DNA from: Leucoraja erinacea
Taxonomy: Eukaryota
NCBI RefSeq assembly: GCF_028641065.1
Contig: NC_073391.1
Location: 45,508,001-45,572,000 of the forward strand
Length of the DNA: 64,000 bases
Direction: 5' to 3'
Part shown: piece by piece, positions 25,600 through 36,739 of the stretch
Position numbering within the stretch: the first letter of the stretch is position 1
Layout of the letters: each line of letters starts with the position of its first letter
The notes under the pieces: generated by a model
The model's input: only the letters and a program-made list of their open reading frames with translations
Told to the model about the DNA's origin: nothing
The model's database searches: none
Program-made: the position numbers and the translations under genes

Positions 25600-25860
25600 C
25601 GATCTGATGGTCGGTAACGGGCTATAGGGGGGCGAGCGGGGGGGAAGGGCCGGGACTGTCCGGAGGGATTGTTTATCCCCGCGGCCCCAGAGCTGCCTCC
25701 TACCTGGGACCTTCCCTCACCGCGCTCACCGCGGGACACCACTTCCGGTCTCTCCACTTCCGACTTCTGCAGCTGAGATAGAGCCCATTCCGCGCCGCAA
25801 TGCATTCTGGTTACTTCTACACGCCATGGTGCTTGGCGTGAATAAGGTCGTTCATCACCC
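25600..25860 (-). promoter_or_regulatory. Orphan CpG promoter and exon 1, paralogous to the ZNF-9 promoter
   Basis: Reverse complement aligns with 37330-37570; two CACTTCCG ETS sites; TAACCAGAATGCATTGCG SBS; donor CAG|GTAGG at ~25704. Confidence 0.7.
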
Positions 25861-26013
25861 GGGATTAGAGTCATAGACTGATACAGTGCACAAACAGGCG
25901 ACATTAGTCACACCTGCCTGCGTTTGGTCCATATCCCTCCAAACCTGCCCTATCCATGTACATGTCTAACTGTTTCTTAAATGTTGGGATAGTCCCTGCC
26001 TCAACTACCTCCT

Positions 26014-26335
26014 AGAAACATAGAAAATTGGTGGAGGAAGCCATTCGAGCCAGCAGCGCCATTCATTGTGATCATGGCTGACCGTCCCCTGTTAATAACC
26101 CGTGCCTGTCTTCTCCCCATATCCCTTGACTCCACTAGCCCCTAGAGCTCTATCTAACTCTCTCTATATCCATCCAGTGATTTGGCCTCCACTGCCCTCT
26201 GTGGCAGGGAATTCCATAAATTCACAAATCTCTGAGTGAAAACGTTTTTTCTCACCTCAGTCTTAAATGACCTCCCCTTTATTCTAAGACTGTGGCCCCT
26301 GGTTCTGGTCTCACCCAACATAAGGGAACATTTTT
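26014..26335 (-). mobile_element. CR1 3' end inserted only in unit 1
   Basis: CCTCCT duplicated at 26008-26013 and 26336-26341; site empty in units 2 and 3. Confidence 0.8.
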
Positions 26336-27179
26336 CCTCCTCCGGCAGTATGTTCAATATACCCATCACCCTTTGCATGAAAAAACAGATTGTTTTCACA
26401 CCCTTCATGTGAAAAAAGTTGCTGCCTGTCCCTCTGAGTTAATCCAGCATTTTGTGCCTATCTTCGTTTAAACCAGCATCGGCAGTTCCTTCCTACACAT
26501 ACGATATGATAGAAGTTTACTTATCCCAGGGAAATCGTTCTGCCAACAGTCATAAAACACATGAAATACATATGGTCACATTACTTGCAACTGGTCAATG
26601 GAACAGATATCCAGTTTCAAGCAGGGTCCAAGGCCCCACAGCCAGGAGATAATCTGCCCATAGCTCACAGTTCACCCATTGTGACCCTTTTGCACATGGA
26701 ATGAATGGCCCTGCTTTCTGGTGTACGTTATGCAAATTATAGAGATATGAAGGCATTGGGTTTAAAGCAGAACTGATTTACTTCACACCAATCCAAAATA
26801 TTACTCCAGCAGTTACAGGGGTAACTGGCATTACAGAAACAAAGAGGCCCGACCCGCTGAGTTACTCCAACACTATTGTCACATATCTATGATATGTGTA
26901 TTAATATATGAGCAGTAACCATAGAGTCCAACACCAGTAATCACAGGATTTAACAACTAAGGCAAATTATTTTTATGTACACATACTTGGCTAATAAAAT
27001 TTACTCTAAACAAACCAGAAACGTATTTAAACTTCCTCCCCCAGTGAGAACGAGCTGGTGTATCAATTCTTCAGATATTCGAGTAAATCCCAGCCCACAC
27101 ACTAAACAGGTGAATGCTCTCTCCCCAGCATGAATTCTCTGGGGGGGGGGGTCACCTGGTTAGATTTACTGGCGAAACC

Positions 27180-28223
27180 CTACCCATGGTTGGGAGAGGC
27201 AAATGGTTTCTCCACAGCGTGAATTCGCTGGTGGGTCTTCAGGTGAGAAGATTGAGTGAATTTCCTCCCACACTCAGAGCAGGTGAACGGCCTCTCCCCG
27301 GTGTGAACTCGCTGGTGGGTCTTCAGGGTGCTTGTTTGAGCGAATCCTTTCCCACAATCGGGACAAACAAATGGTTTCTCCGCAGTGTGAACTCGCTGGT
27401 GGGTTACCAGGTGGCCAGATTGGGTGAATCCCATCCCGCACTCGGAGCAGGTGAACGGCCTCTCGCCCGTGTGATTTCTCTCATGCACCACTAATGCAGA
27501 GGATAGAGCGAATCCCTGCCCACACTCGGAGCAGGTGAACGGCCTCTCCCCCGTGTGGTTTCTCTCATGCACCACTAACGCAAAGGATTGAGTGAAACCC
27601 TGCCCACACTCGGAGCAGATGAACGGCCTCTCCCGGGTGTGAATTCGTTGGTGGGTCTTCAGGCTGCTTGCTACAGTGAATCCCTTCCCACAATCGGGAC
27701 AGTCAAATGGTTTCTCCGCAATGTGAACTCGCTGGTGGGACACCAGTTGGGAAGATTGGACAAATCCCTTCCCGCAATCGGAGCAGGTGAACGGCCTCTC
27801 TCCCGTGTGAATTCTCTGGTGTCTCAGTAAGTCAGATGAACAAGTAAATCCCTTCCCACATTCAGAGCAGTTGAACGGCCTCTCTCCAGTGTGAATTCGC
27901 TGGTGTATCTGTAATTTAGATGATTCAACGAATCTCATTCCACACTTACAGCAGGCAAACGGCTTCTCCCCTGTGTGAATTCTCTGGTGTAGCAGCAACT
28001 TAGATGATCCAATGAATCCCTTCCCACATTCAGAGCAAGTGAACGGCCTCTCCCCTGTGTGAATACGCTGGTGCCTCTTCAGTTGGTACGATTGAGTGAA
28101 TCCCTTCCCACAATCGGGACAGGTAAACGGTTTCTCCACAGTGTGAACTGGCTGTCGGGTCAACAGGGGGGAAGATTGGTTTAATCCCTGCCCACACTCA
28201 GAGCTGGCGAGTAATTTCTCCAT
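27180..28223 (-). CDS. C2H2 zinc-finger protein ZNF-6, 11 fingers
   Basis: ATG (MEKLL) at 28223; intact finger array; ends FASPNHG*. Confidence 0.88.
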   Translation of the reverse strand: MEKLLASSECGQGLNQSSPLLTRQPVHTVEKPFTCPDCGKGFTQSYQLKRHQRIHTGERPFTCSECGKGFIGSSKLLLHQRIHTGEKPFACCKCGMRFVESSKLQIHQRIHTGERPFNCSECGKGFTCSSDLLRHQRIHTGERPFTCSDCGKGFVQSSQLVSHQRVHIAEKPFDCPDCGKGFTVASSLKTHQRIHTRERPFICSECGQGFTQSFALVVHERNHTGERPFTCSECGQGFALSSALVVHERNHTGERPFTCSECGMGFTQSGHLVTHQRVHTAEKPFVCPDCGKGFAQTSTLKTHQRVHTGERPFTCSECGRKFTQSSHLKTHQRIHAVEKPFASPNHG

Positions 28224-28479
28224 ACTGTGACCTGTCTGGCGTCCGGGCGGATCAGCTGACGCAGTGAATCCTCCCACACGTTCAGGCGGCGGTGAAATAA
28301 ACGAGTTTGAGATTCCTGAACATCAATCCTATCAATCCAATCCAAACGTTGCCTATCTCCTTCGCTCCATAGATGCTGCTGCACCCGCTGAGTTTCTCCA
28401 GCATTGTTGTGTACCTTCGATTTTCCAGCATCTGTAGTTCCTTCTTAAACACAAGATCTGTCCGGGTCGGGACCCTTCC

Positions 28480-28780
28480 TCTCACCGGTCAATCCGTGCA
28501 TTCGATGCGCTCACGCCGCCGGGGACCGCACCGATTCTCCCCGCAGCCGGGGGCCGCTCCTCAGGCCGGGGCCTCGGTGCTGACTGATCCCGCGCCCGGA
28601 TCCCCGCTCCTACCCGCCGCCGCCGATCCTCCGGAGTCTTTTGTCCACGGACCGCATGCGCGCCTTGGCTGCACCACTTCCGGGGCTCTCCACACCTGCG
28701 CGCTTGGTATCGCCTGCAACATAGGGTGACTTCTGGGGCGCGGAGGTTTCTGGGTAAAAAGGGCGCCATGGACATAATCT
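28480..28780 (-). promoter_or_regulatory. CpG promoter and exon 1 of ZNF-6
   Basis: CGCATGCGCG; composite ATGG-N9-TACCCAGAA at 28769; donor CCG|GTGAG at ~28486. Confidence 0.7.
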
Positions 28781-30923
28781 GAAATCACCGGCCCAACGTT
28801 CCCCAATGGACAACAGCCATTTTTTCCTTGTCTGTGAAGAGTCTGAGGTCAATGTAACACAGCGACCTCTCTCGTCGATTACTTGTAAAAATCATTACAC
28901 ATACAAGTGCCGAATGGTGGAACTATCAGACTCACGAACCAATGAAGTTTGAGTTTGAATAAGTTCATTAGCCAAGTAATCACATACATGGAGTTTGCTG
29001 TGGTGCTCCGCCCGCTAGTGACAACATGACACACAGTAACAGTTAGGAATGACACATAAAACATTAATAATAAAACATGTGAACCATTACACATACAAGT
29101 GCTGGAAATTCCAACTATGTTACTCATGAACCAATGGCAGTTTTCACCCTCCCTCACCAGAGTAAACGGAGGAGGAAAAAATACAAGGACATTCCAGAGA
29201 AGTCATCAGAAGAGAAGGACTGGCAGTGAGTGATCAGATGGGCCGAGTGGCCTACATTGCATGCGGAGACAAGGGAACAACAGAACTCATTTATTTTTAG
29301 ACCGTGGGCCGAGATGCTTTTTTGTTTCATTTTGTGACCCAAATCACGTATCTACCTGTATTTATAACATATTATGTAAAAATATTATAGAAATCATACC
29401 CGAAACCCGTCAGAGAGCGGTGGAGGCTGGTTCTCTGGATGCTTTCAAGAGAGAGTTAGATAAAAACTCTTAGGGATAGCGGAGTTCAGGGATATGGGGA
29501 AAAGGCAGGAACGGGTTCCTGATTGTGGATGATCAGCCATGATCACATTGAATGGCGGTGTTGGCTCAAAGGGCCTAATGGCTACTCCTGCACCTATTGT
29601 TTATAAAGAACAAAATCTGCACATATTTTTAAACTTTTAAATATGAGAAAAACCTCAAATGTCCCTAGTAGAGCTCTACGGTTTTAGTTCCTGCCTAGCT
29701 AGCATGAAACATATAATGTTTGGCACTCACCGCGGGACACGACTTGCGGTCTCTCCACTTGCGACTTCTGCAGCTGAGATAGTTCTACACGCCATGGTGC
29801 TTGGCGTGCCTAAGGTCGTTCATCACCCGGGATTAGAGTCATAGGGTGATACAGTGTACAAAAAGACTACATAAGTCACACCTGCCTGCGTTTGGTCCAT
29901 ATCCCACCAAACCTGTCCTATCAATGTACATGTCTAACTGTTTCTTAAATGTTGGGATAGTCCCTGCCTCAACTACCTCCTCTGGCAGTATGTTCCATAT
30001 ACCCATCAGCCTTTGTGTGAAAAAAACGAATGTTTTCACACCCTTTGTGTGAAAAAACATACGCTGCCTGTCCCGCTGAGTTAATCCAGCATTTTGTGTC
30101 TATCTTCGTTTAAACCAGCATCGGCAGTTCCTTCCTACACATACGATATGATAGAATCCCAGGGAAATCGTTCTGCCAACAGTCATAAAACACATGAAAT
30201 ACGTACGCTCACGTTACTTGCAACTGGTCAATGGAACAGATATCCAGTTTCAAGCAGGGTCCAAGGCCCCACACCCAGGGGATGATATGTCCTTAGCTCA
30301 CAGTTCACCCATTGTGACCCTTTTGCACATGGAGTGGATGGCCCTGCTTTCGGGTGTACGTTGTGCAAATTATAGAGATATGAAGGCACTGGGTTTAAAG
30401 CAGAACTGATTTATTTTCCAAAATATTAAAGGGCAACTGGCATTTCAGAAACAAAGAGGTCCGACCCGCTGAGTTAACCCAGCACTATTGTCACATATCT
30501 ATAATATGTGTAGAAATATATCAGCAGTAACCATAGAGTCCAACACTAGCAGTCACTTGTGGACACAACAGGATTTAAGAACAAAGGCAAATTATTTTTA
30601 TGTACACATACATACATTCTCCGAGATCTTCAGTTTCCTCCCTCACTCCAAAGACGTACAAGTTTGTAGGTTAATCGGCTTGTGTAAAAATAATTGTCCC
30701 TAGTGGGTGTAGGATAGTGTTAATATGCGGGAATCGTTGGTCGGCGCGCGTACTCTAAACAAACCAGAAACTTATTTAAACTTTCTCCCTAGTGTGAACG
30801 AGCTGGTGTATCAATTGTTCAGATATTCGAGTAAATCCCAGCCCACACACTAAACAGGTGAATGCTCTCTCCCCAGCATGAATTCTCTGGGGGGATCACC
30901 CGGTTAGACTTACTTGTGAAACC

Positions 30924-32135
30924 CTACGCATGGTTGGGAGAGGCAAATGGTTTCTCCACAACGTGAATTCGCTGGTGGGTCTTCAGGCGAGAAGATTGAG
31001 TGAATTTCTTCCCACACTCAGAGCAGGTGAACGGCCGCTCTCCAGAGTGAATTCTCTGGTGTATCAGTAACGCAGATGAGTGAGAGAATCCCTTCCCACA
31101 CTCAGAGCAGGTGATCACCCTCTTCCCAGGGTGAACGTTGAGATGTTTTTGCAAATTCGATAATTGAGTGAATCCCTTCCCACACTCAGAGCAGGTGAAC
31201 GGCCTCTCCCCGGTGTGAACTCGCTTGTGGGTCTTCAGGCCGCTTGCTTGAGCGAATCCCTTCCCACAATCGGGACAAACAAATGGTTTCTCCCCAGTGT
31301 GAACTCGCTGGTGGGATACCAGTTGGGAAGATTGGCCGAATCCCTTTCCGCACTCGGAGCAGGTGAACGGCCTCTCCCCCGTGTGATTTCTCTCATGCAC
31401 CACTAACGCAAAGGATTGAGCGAATCCCTGCCCACACTCGGAGCAGATGAACGGCCTCTCGCCCGTGTGATTTCTCTCATGCACCACTAACGCAATGGAT
31501 TGAGTGAATCCCTGCCCACACTCGGGGCAGATGAACGGCCTCTCCCCAGTGTGAATTCGTTGGTGGGTCTTCAGGTTGCTTGCGACAATGAATCCCTTCC
31601 CACAATCGGGACAGTCAAATGGTTTCACCGCAGTGTGAACTCGCTGGTGGGGCACCAGTTGGGAAGATTCGACAAATCCCTTCCCGCAATCGGAGCAGGT
31701 GAACGGCCTCTCTCCCGTGTGGATTCTCTGGTGTCTCAGTAAGTTAGATGAACAAGTAAATCCCTTCCCACATTCAGAGCAGGTGAACGGCCTCTCTCCA
31801 GTGTGAATTCGCTGGTGTATCTGTAACTTAAATGATTCAACAAATCTCATTCCACACTTACAGCAGACAAACGGCTTCTCCCCTGTGTGAATTCTCTGGT
31901 GTAGCAGCAACTTAGATGATCCAATGAATCCCTTCCCACATTCAGAGCAAGTGAACGGCCTCTCCCCTGTGTGAATATACTGGTGATTCTTCAGTCGGCA
32001 CGATTGAGTGAATCCCTTCCCACAATCGGGACAGGTAAACGGTTTATCCACAGTGGGGACTGGCTGTCGGGTCAACAGATGGGAAGATTGGTTTAATCCC
32101 TGCCCACACTCAGAGCTGGCCAGTAATTTCTCCAT
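30924..32135 (-). CDS. C2H2 zinc-finger protein ZNF-7, 13 fingers (probable ZNF-6/ZNF-8 chimera)
   Basis: ATG (MEKLL) at 32135; acceptor CTTTTTACAG| at 32257 places the ORF-track start at 32276 in the intron. Confidence 0.9.
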   Translation of the reverse strand: MEKLLASSECGQGLNQSSHLLTRQPVPTVDKPFTCPDCGKGFTQSCRLKNHQYIHTGERPFTCSECGKGFIGSSKLLLHQRIHTGEKPFVCCKCGMRFVESFKLQIHQRIHTGERPFTCSECGKGFTCSSNLLRHQRIHTGERPFTCSDCGKGFVESSQLVPHQRVHTAVKPFDCPDCGKGFIVASNLKTHQRIHTGERPFICPECGQGFTQSIALVVHERNHTGERPFICSECGQGFAQSFALVVHERNHTGERPFTCSECGKGFGQSSQLVSHQRVHTGEKPFVCPDCGKGFAQASGLKTHKRVHTGERPFTCSECGKGFTQLSNLQKHLNVHPGKRVITCSECGKGFSHSSALLIHQRIHSGERPFTCSECGKKFTQSSRLKTHQRIHVVEKPFASPNHA

Positions 32136-32304
32136 GCTGTGACCTGTCTGGCGTCCGGGCGGATCAGCTGACGCAGTGAATCCTCCCAGACGTTCAGGCG
32201 CAGATGAAATAAACGAGTTTGAGATTCCTGAACATCGATCCTCTGCTTCTTCTACCCTGTAAAAAGAGTTGACCATAAATTAACAGGTAAAGATCTGTCC
32301 GGGT

Positions 32305-32486
32305 GCAGCAACATCTCAGGAGCGAAAAAGATAGGCAACGTTTCGGGCCGAAACCCTTCTTCAGACGTTTCGGCCCGAAACGTTGCCTATCTACTTCGCT
32401 CCATAGATGCTGCTGCACCCGCTGAGTTTCTCCAGCATTGTTGTGTACCTTCGATTTTCTAGCATCTACAGTTCCTTCTTAAACAC
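32305..32486 (+). mobile_element. Penelope-derived insert in ZNF-7 intron 1, 15-bp TSD
   Basis: AAGATCTGTCCGGGT at 32290-32304 and 32487-32501; empty site in unit 3 at ~36710. Confidence 0.88.
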
Positions 32487-32514
32487 AAGATCTGTCCGGG
32501 TCGGGACCCTTTCT

Positions 32515-32805
32515 CTCACCGGTCAATCCGTGCATTCGATGCGCTCACGCCGCCGGGGACCGCACCGATTCTCCCCGCAGCCGGGGGCCGCTCCTCAGGC
32601 CGGGGCCTCGGTGCTGACTGATCCCGCGCCCGGATCCCCGCTCCTACCCGCCGCCGATCCTCCGGAGTCTTTTGTCCACGGACCGCATGCGCGCCTTGGC
32701 AGCAACACTTCCTGGGCTCTCCGCGCCTGCGCGCTTGGTATCGGATGTAACATAGGGCAAGTTCTGGGGCGCGGCGGTTTCTGGGTAAAATGGGCGCCAT
32801 GGACA
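32515..32805 (-). promoter_or_regulatory. CpG promoter and exon 1 of ZNF-7
   Basis: Paralogous to 28480-28780; donor at 32520/32519; composite element at 32800. Confidence 0.7.
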
Positions 32806-32810
32806 TGATC

Positions 32811-33504
32811 TCAAGTCAAGTCATGTTTATTCGTCACATACACATACGAGATGTGCAGTGAAATGAAAAGTGGCAATGCTCGCGGACTTTGTGCAAAAAG
32901 ACAAACAAACAAACAACCAACAAACAGAATCACATATTCTTTTTCATGTTAAATATTGTGGGCGGAAGGAAAAAGGTTCAGTAAAGTTAGTCCCTGATGA
33001 GATAGGAGTTTACAGTCCGAATGGCCTCTGGGAAGAAACTCCTTCTCAATCTCTCCGTTCTCACAGCATGGCAACGGAGGCATTTGCCTGACCGTAGCAG
33101 CTGGAACAGTCCGCTGTAGGGGTGGAAGGGGTCTCCCGTGATTTTATTGGCTCTGGAGTTGCATCTCCAGATGTATAGTTCCTGCAGGGGGGCGAGTGAA
33201 GTTTCCATAGTGCGTTCGGCCGAACGCACTACTGTCTGACAGCCTTCTTGTCCTCGGCAGAGCAATTCCCAAACCAGATGGTAATATTTCCGGACAAGAT
33301 GCTTTCCACAGCCGCAGAGTAGAAGCATTGGAGGATCCTCGGAGACAATCTGAATTTCCTCAATTGCCTGAGGTGGTAAAGGCGCTGCCTTGCCTTACTC
33401 ACGAGTGCTGCGGCTTGTGATGTCCATGTCATATCCTCAGAGTTGTGGACTCCCAGATATTAAAAACAGCTCACCCTATCCACAGTATCCCCATTTATCC
33501 TCGA
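32811..33504 (-). mobile_element. Rex1/Babar-like LINE 3' fragment, specific to unit 2
   Basis: KARQRLYHLRQLRKF..FYSAAVESILSGNITIWFGNC; (TCAAG)n tail on +; unit 1 reads uninterrupted GGACATAATCTGAAATCACC. Confidence 0.75.
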
Positions 33505-34756
33505 TGAAATCACCGGCTCAACGTTCCCCAATGGACAACAGACATTTTTTCCTTGTATGTGAAGAGTCTGAAGTCAATGTAATACAGCGACCTCTCTTGT
33601 CGATTACTTGTTAAAATCATTACACTTACAAGTGCAGAATGGTGCAACTATCAGACTCACAAGCCAATTAAGTTTTAGTTTGAATAAGTTTATTGGCCAA
33701 GTAATCACATACAAGGTGTTTGCTGTGGTGCTCCGCTCGCTAGTGACAACATGACACACAGTGACAGTTAGGAAAGACAGATAAAACATTAATAATAAAA
33801 TATTATCGATTAAACATGTGAGCCATTACACAGACAAGTGCCGGAAATTCCAACTATGTTACTCATGAACCAATGGCAGTTTTCACCCTCCCTCACCAGA
33901 GTAAACAGAGGAGGAAAAAATACAAGAACATTCCAGAGAAGTCATCAGAAGAGAAAGACTGGCAGTGAGTGACCAGATTGGCCGAGTGGCCTACATTGCA
34001 CGCGGAGACAAGGGAACAACAGAACTCATTTATTTTTAGACCGTGGGCCGAGGTGCTTTTTTGTTTCATTTTGTGACCCAAATCACGTATCTACCTGTAT
34101 TTATAACATATTATGTAAAAATAATATAGAAATCATACCTGAAACTCGTCAGAGGGCGGTGGAAGCTGGTTCTCTGGATGCTTTCAAGAGAGAGTTATAT
34201 AAAACTCTTATGGATAGCCGAGAAGGGATATGGGGAGAAGGCAGGAACGGGTTCCTGATTGTGGATGATCAGTCATGATCACATTGAATGGCGGTGTTGG
34301 CTCAAAGGGCCGAATGGTTACTCCTGCACCTATTGTCTATAAAGAACAAAACCTGAACATATTTTAAAACTTTTAAATATGAGAAAAACCTCAAATGTTC
34401 CTAGTACAGCTCTATGATCTTTGCTCCTGCCTAGCTAGTATGAAACATATAATCTTTGGCGCTCACTTTGGACAGTGAGTCGGTCTCTCCACTTCCGACT
34501 TCTGCAGCTGAGATAGAGCGTATTCCGTGCCGCAATGCATTCTGGTTACTTCTACACGCCATGGTGCTTGGCGTGCATAAAGTCGTTCATCACCTGGGAT
34601 TAGAGTCATAGAGTGATACAGTGTACAAACAGACTACATTAGTCACACCTGCCTGCGTTTGGTCCATATCCCTCCAAACCTGTCCTATCTATGTTTCTTA
34701 AATGTTGGGATAGTCCCTGCCTCAACTACATCCTCCGGCAATATGTTCAATATACC

Positions 34757-34972
34757 TGTAGATGGTTATGCATGAAACCATATATGTAGTTACCTCATTA
34801 TCATATTGACCCTCCCACACTTTGTAGTATAACTGTAGTATCTGCATGCTCCCTCCCCTGTAGGTTCCAGTACGTGTGCAGACCAGTTGTGGTTAGTGCT
34901 GGAACGTGTGTGAGTAGTATCTTAATAAAGACTTAGTTAAAGGACTAAGGACGACGTCTAGTTTCCTTTACA
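34757..34972 (+). mobile_element. Solo LTR (216 bp) of the Gypsy family at 48607
   Basis: TG..CA ends; ATACC TSD at 34752-34756 and 34973-34977; near-identical to the 48607 and 51943 LTRs. Confidence 0.95.
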
Positions 34973-35647
34973 ATACCTATCACCCTTTGTGTGAAAAAAA
35001 CAAATGTTTTCACACCCTTTGTGTGAAAAAAAGATGCTGCCTGTCCCGCTTAGTTAATCCAGCATTTTGTGTCTATCTTCGTTTAAACCAGCATCGGCAG
35101 TTCCTTCCTACACATACGATATGATAGAAGTTTATTTATCCCAGGGAAATCTTTCTGCCAACAGTCATAAAACACATGAAATATGTACGGTCACGTTACT
35201 TGCAACTGGTCAATGGAACAGATATGCAGTTTCAAGCAGGGTCCAAGGCCCCACACCCAAGGGCTGATCTGCCCATAGCTCACAGTTCACCCATTGTGAC
35301 CCTTTTGCACATGGTGTAAATGGCCCTGTTTTCTGGTGTACGTTGTGCAAATTATAGAGATATGAAGGCATTGGGTTTAAAGCAGAACTGATTTATTTTA
35401 CACCAATCCAAAATATTAAACTCCAGCAGTTACAAGGGCAACTGGCATTACAGAAACAAAGAGGCCCGACCCGCTTAGTTACTCCAGCACTATTGTCACA
35501 TATCCACGATATGTGTAGTAATATATCAGCAGTAACCATAGTCCAACACCAGCAGTCACTTGTGGACGCAACAGGATTTAACAACAAAGGCAAATTATTT
35601 TTATATACACATGCTTGGCTAATAAGATCTATTCAATTCAATTAATG

Positions 35648-35905
35648 ACGGTGGCGCAGCGGTAGGGTTGCTGCCTTACAGCGAATGCATCGCCGGTGAC
35701 CCAGGTTCTATTCTGACTACGGGTGCTGTCTGTACGGAGTTTGTACGTTTTCCCCCGTGATCTGCGTGGGTTTTCCCCGAGATCTTCGGTTTCCTCCCTC
35801 ACTCCAAAGACATACAGGTTTGTAGGTTCATTGGCTTGTGTAAAAAAATTGTCCCTAGTGGGTGTAGGATAGTGTTAATATGCGGGAATCGTTGGTCGGT
35901 GCACG
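35648..35905 (+). mobile_element. V-SINE/HE1-like SINE (truncated paralogous copy at ~30615-30750)
   Basis: A-box-like GGTGGCGCAGCGGTAG head and conserved central domain. Confidence 0.8.
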
Positions 35906-36003
35906 TACTCTAAACAAACCAGAAACATATTTAAACTTTCCCACTATGCCCTCTCCCCAGCATGAATTCTCTGGGGGGGGGGGGGGGGGTCACCCGGTTA
36001 GGC

Positions 36004-36555
36004 TTACAGGTGAAACTCTACCCATGGTTGGGAGGCAAATGGTTTCACCACAGCGTGAATTCGCTCGTGGGCCTTCATGTTAGAAGATTGAGTGAATTTC
36101 TTCCCACACTCAGAGCAGGTGAACGGCCGCTCTCCAGAGTGAATTCTCTGGTGTCTCAGTAACGCAGATGAGTGAGAGAATGCCTTCCCACACTCAAAGC
36201 AGGTGAACGGCCTCTCCCCCGTGTGAATTATCTGGTGTCTCAGTAACTGAGATGAACGAGTAAATCCCTTCCCACATTCAGAGCAGGTGAATGGCCTCTC
36301 TCCAGTGTGAATTCGCTGGTGTATCTGTAACTCAGATGATTCAATGAATCTCTTCCCACACTCAGAGCAAGTGAACGGCCTCTCCCCTGTGTGAATATGC
36401 TGATGCCTCTTCAGTTGGTATGATCGAGTGAATCCCATCGCACAATCGGGACAGGTAAACGGTTTCTCCACAGTGTGAACTTGCTGTCGGGTCAACATGT
36501 GGGAAGATTGGTTTAATCCCTGCCCACACTCAGAGCTGGCCAGTAATTTCTCCAT
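36004..36555 (-). CDS. C2H2 zinc-finger protein ZNF-8, 5 fingers
   Basis: ATG at 36555; predicted 66-bp intron 36742-36677; a 2-bp deletion changes the C-terminus to SQPWVEFHL. Confidence 0.85.
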   Translation of the reverse strand: MEKLLASSECGQGLNQSSHMLTRQQVHTVEKPFTCPDCAMGFTRSYQLKRHQHIHTGERPFTCSECGKRFIESSELQIHQRIHTGERPFTCSECGKGFTRSSQLLRHQIIHTGERPFTCFECGKAFSHSSALLRHQRIHSGERPFTCSECGKKFTQSSNMKAHERIHAVVKPFASQPWVEFHL

Positions 36556-36739
36556 GCTGTGACCTGTCTGGCGTCCGGGCGGATCAGCTGACGCAGTGAA
36601 TCCTCCCACACGTTCAGGCGCCGGTGAAATAAACGAGTTGGAGATTCCTGAACATCAATCCTCTGCTTCTTCTACCCTGTAAAAAGAGTTGACCATAAAT
36701 TAACAGGTAAAGATCTGTCCGGGTCGGGACCCTTCCTCT

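Noticed and set aside
35648-35720. tRNA gene
   Set aside because: A/B-box-like head of a SINE that continues into the SINE body; no complete cloverleaf seen.
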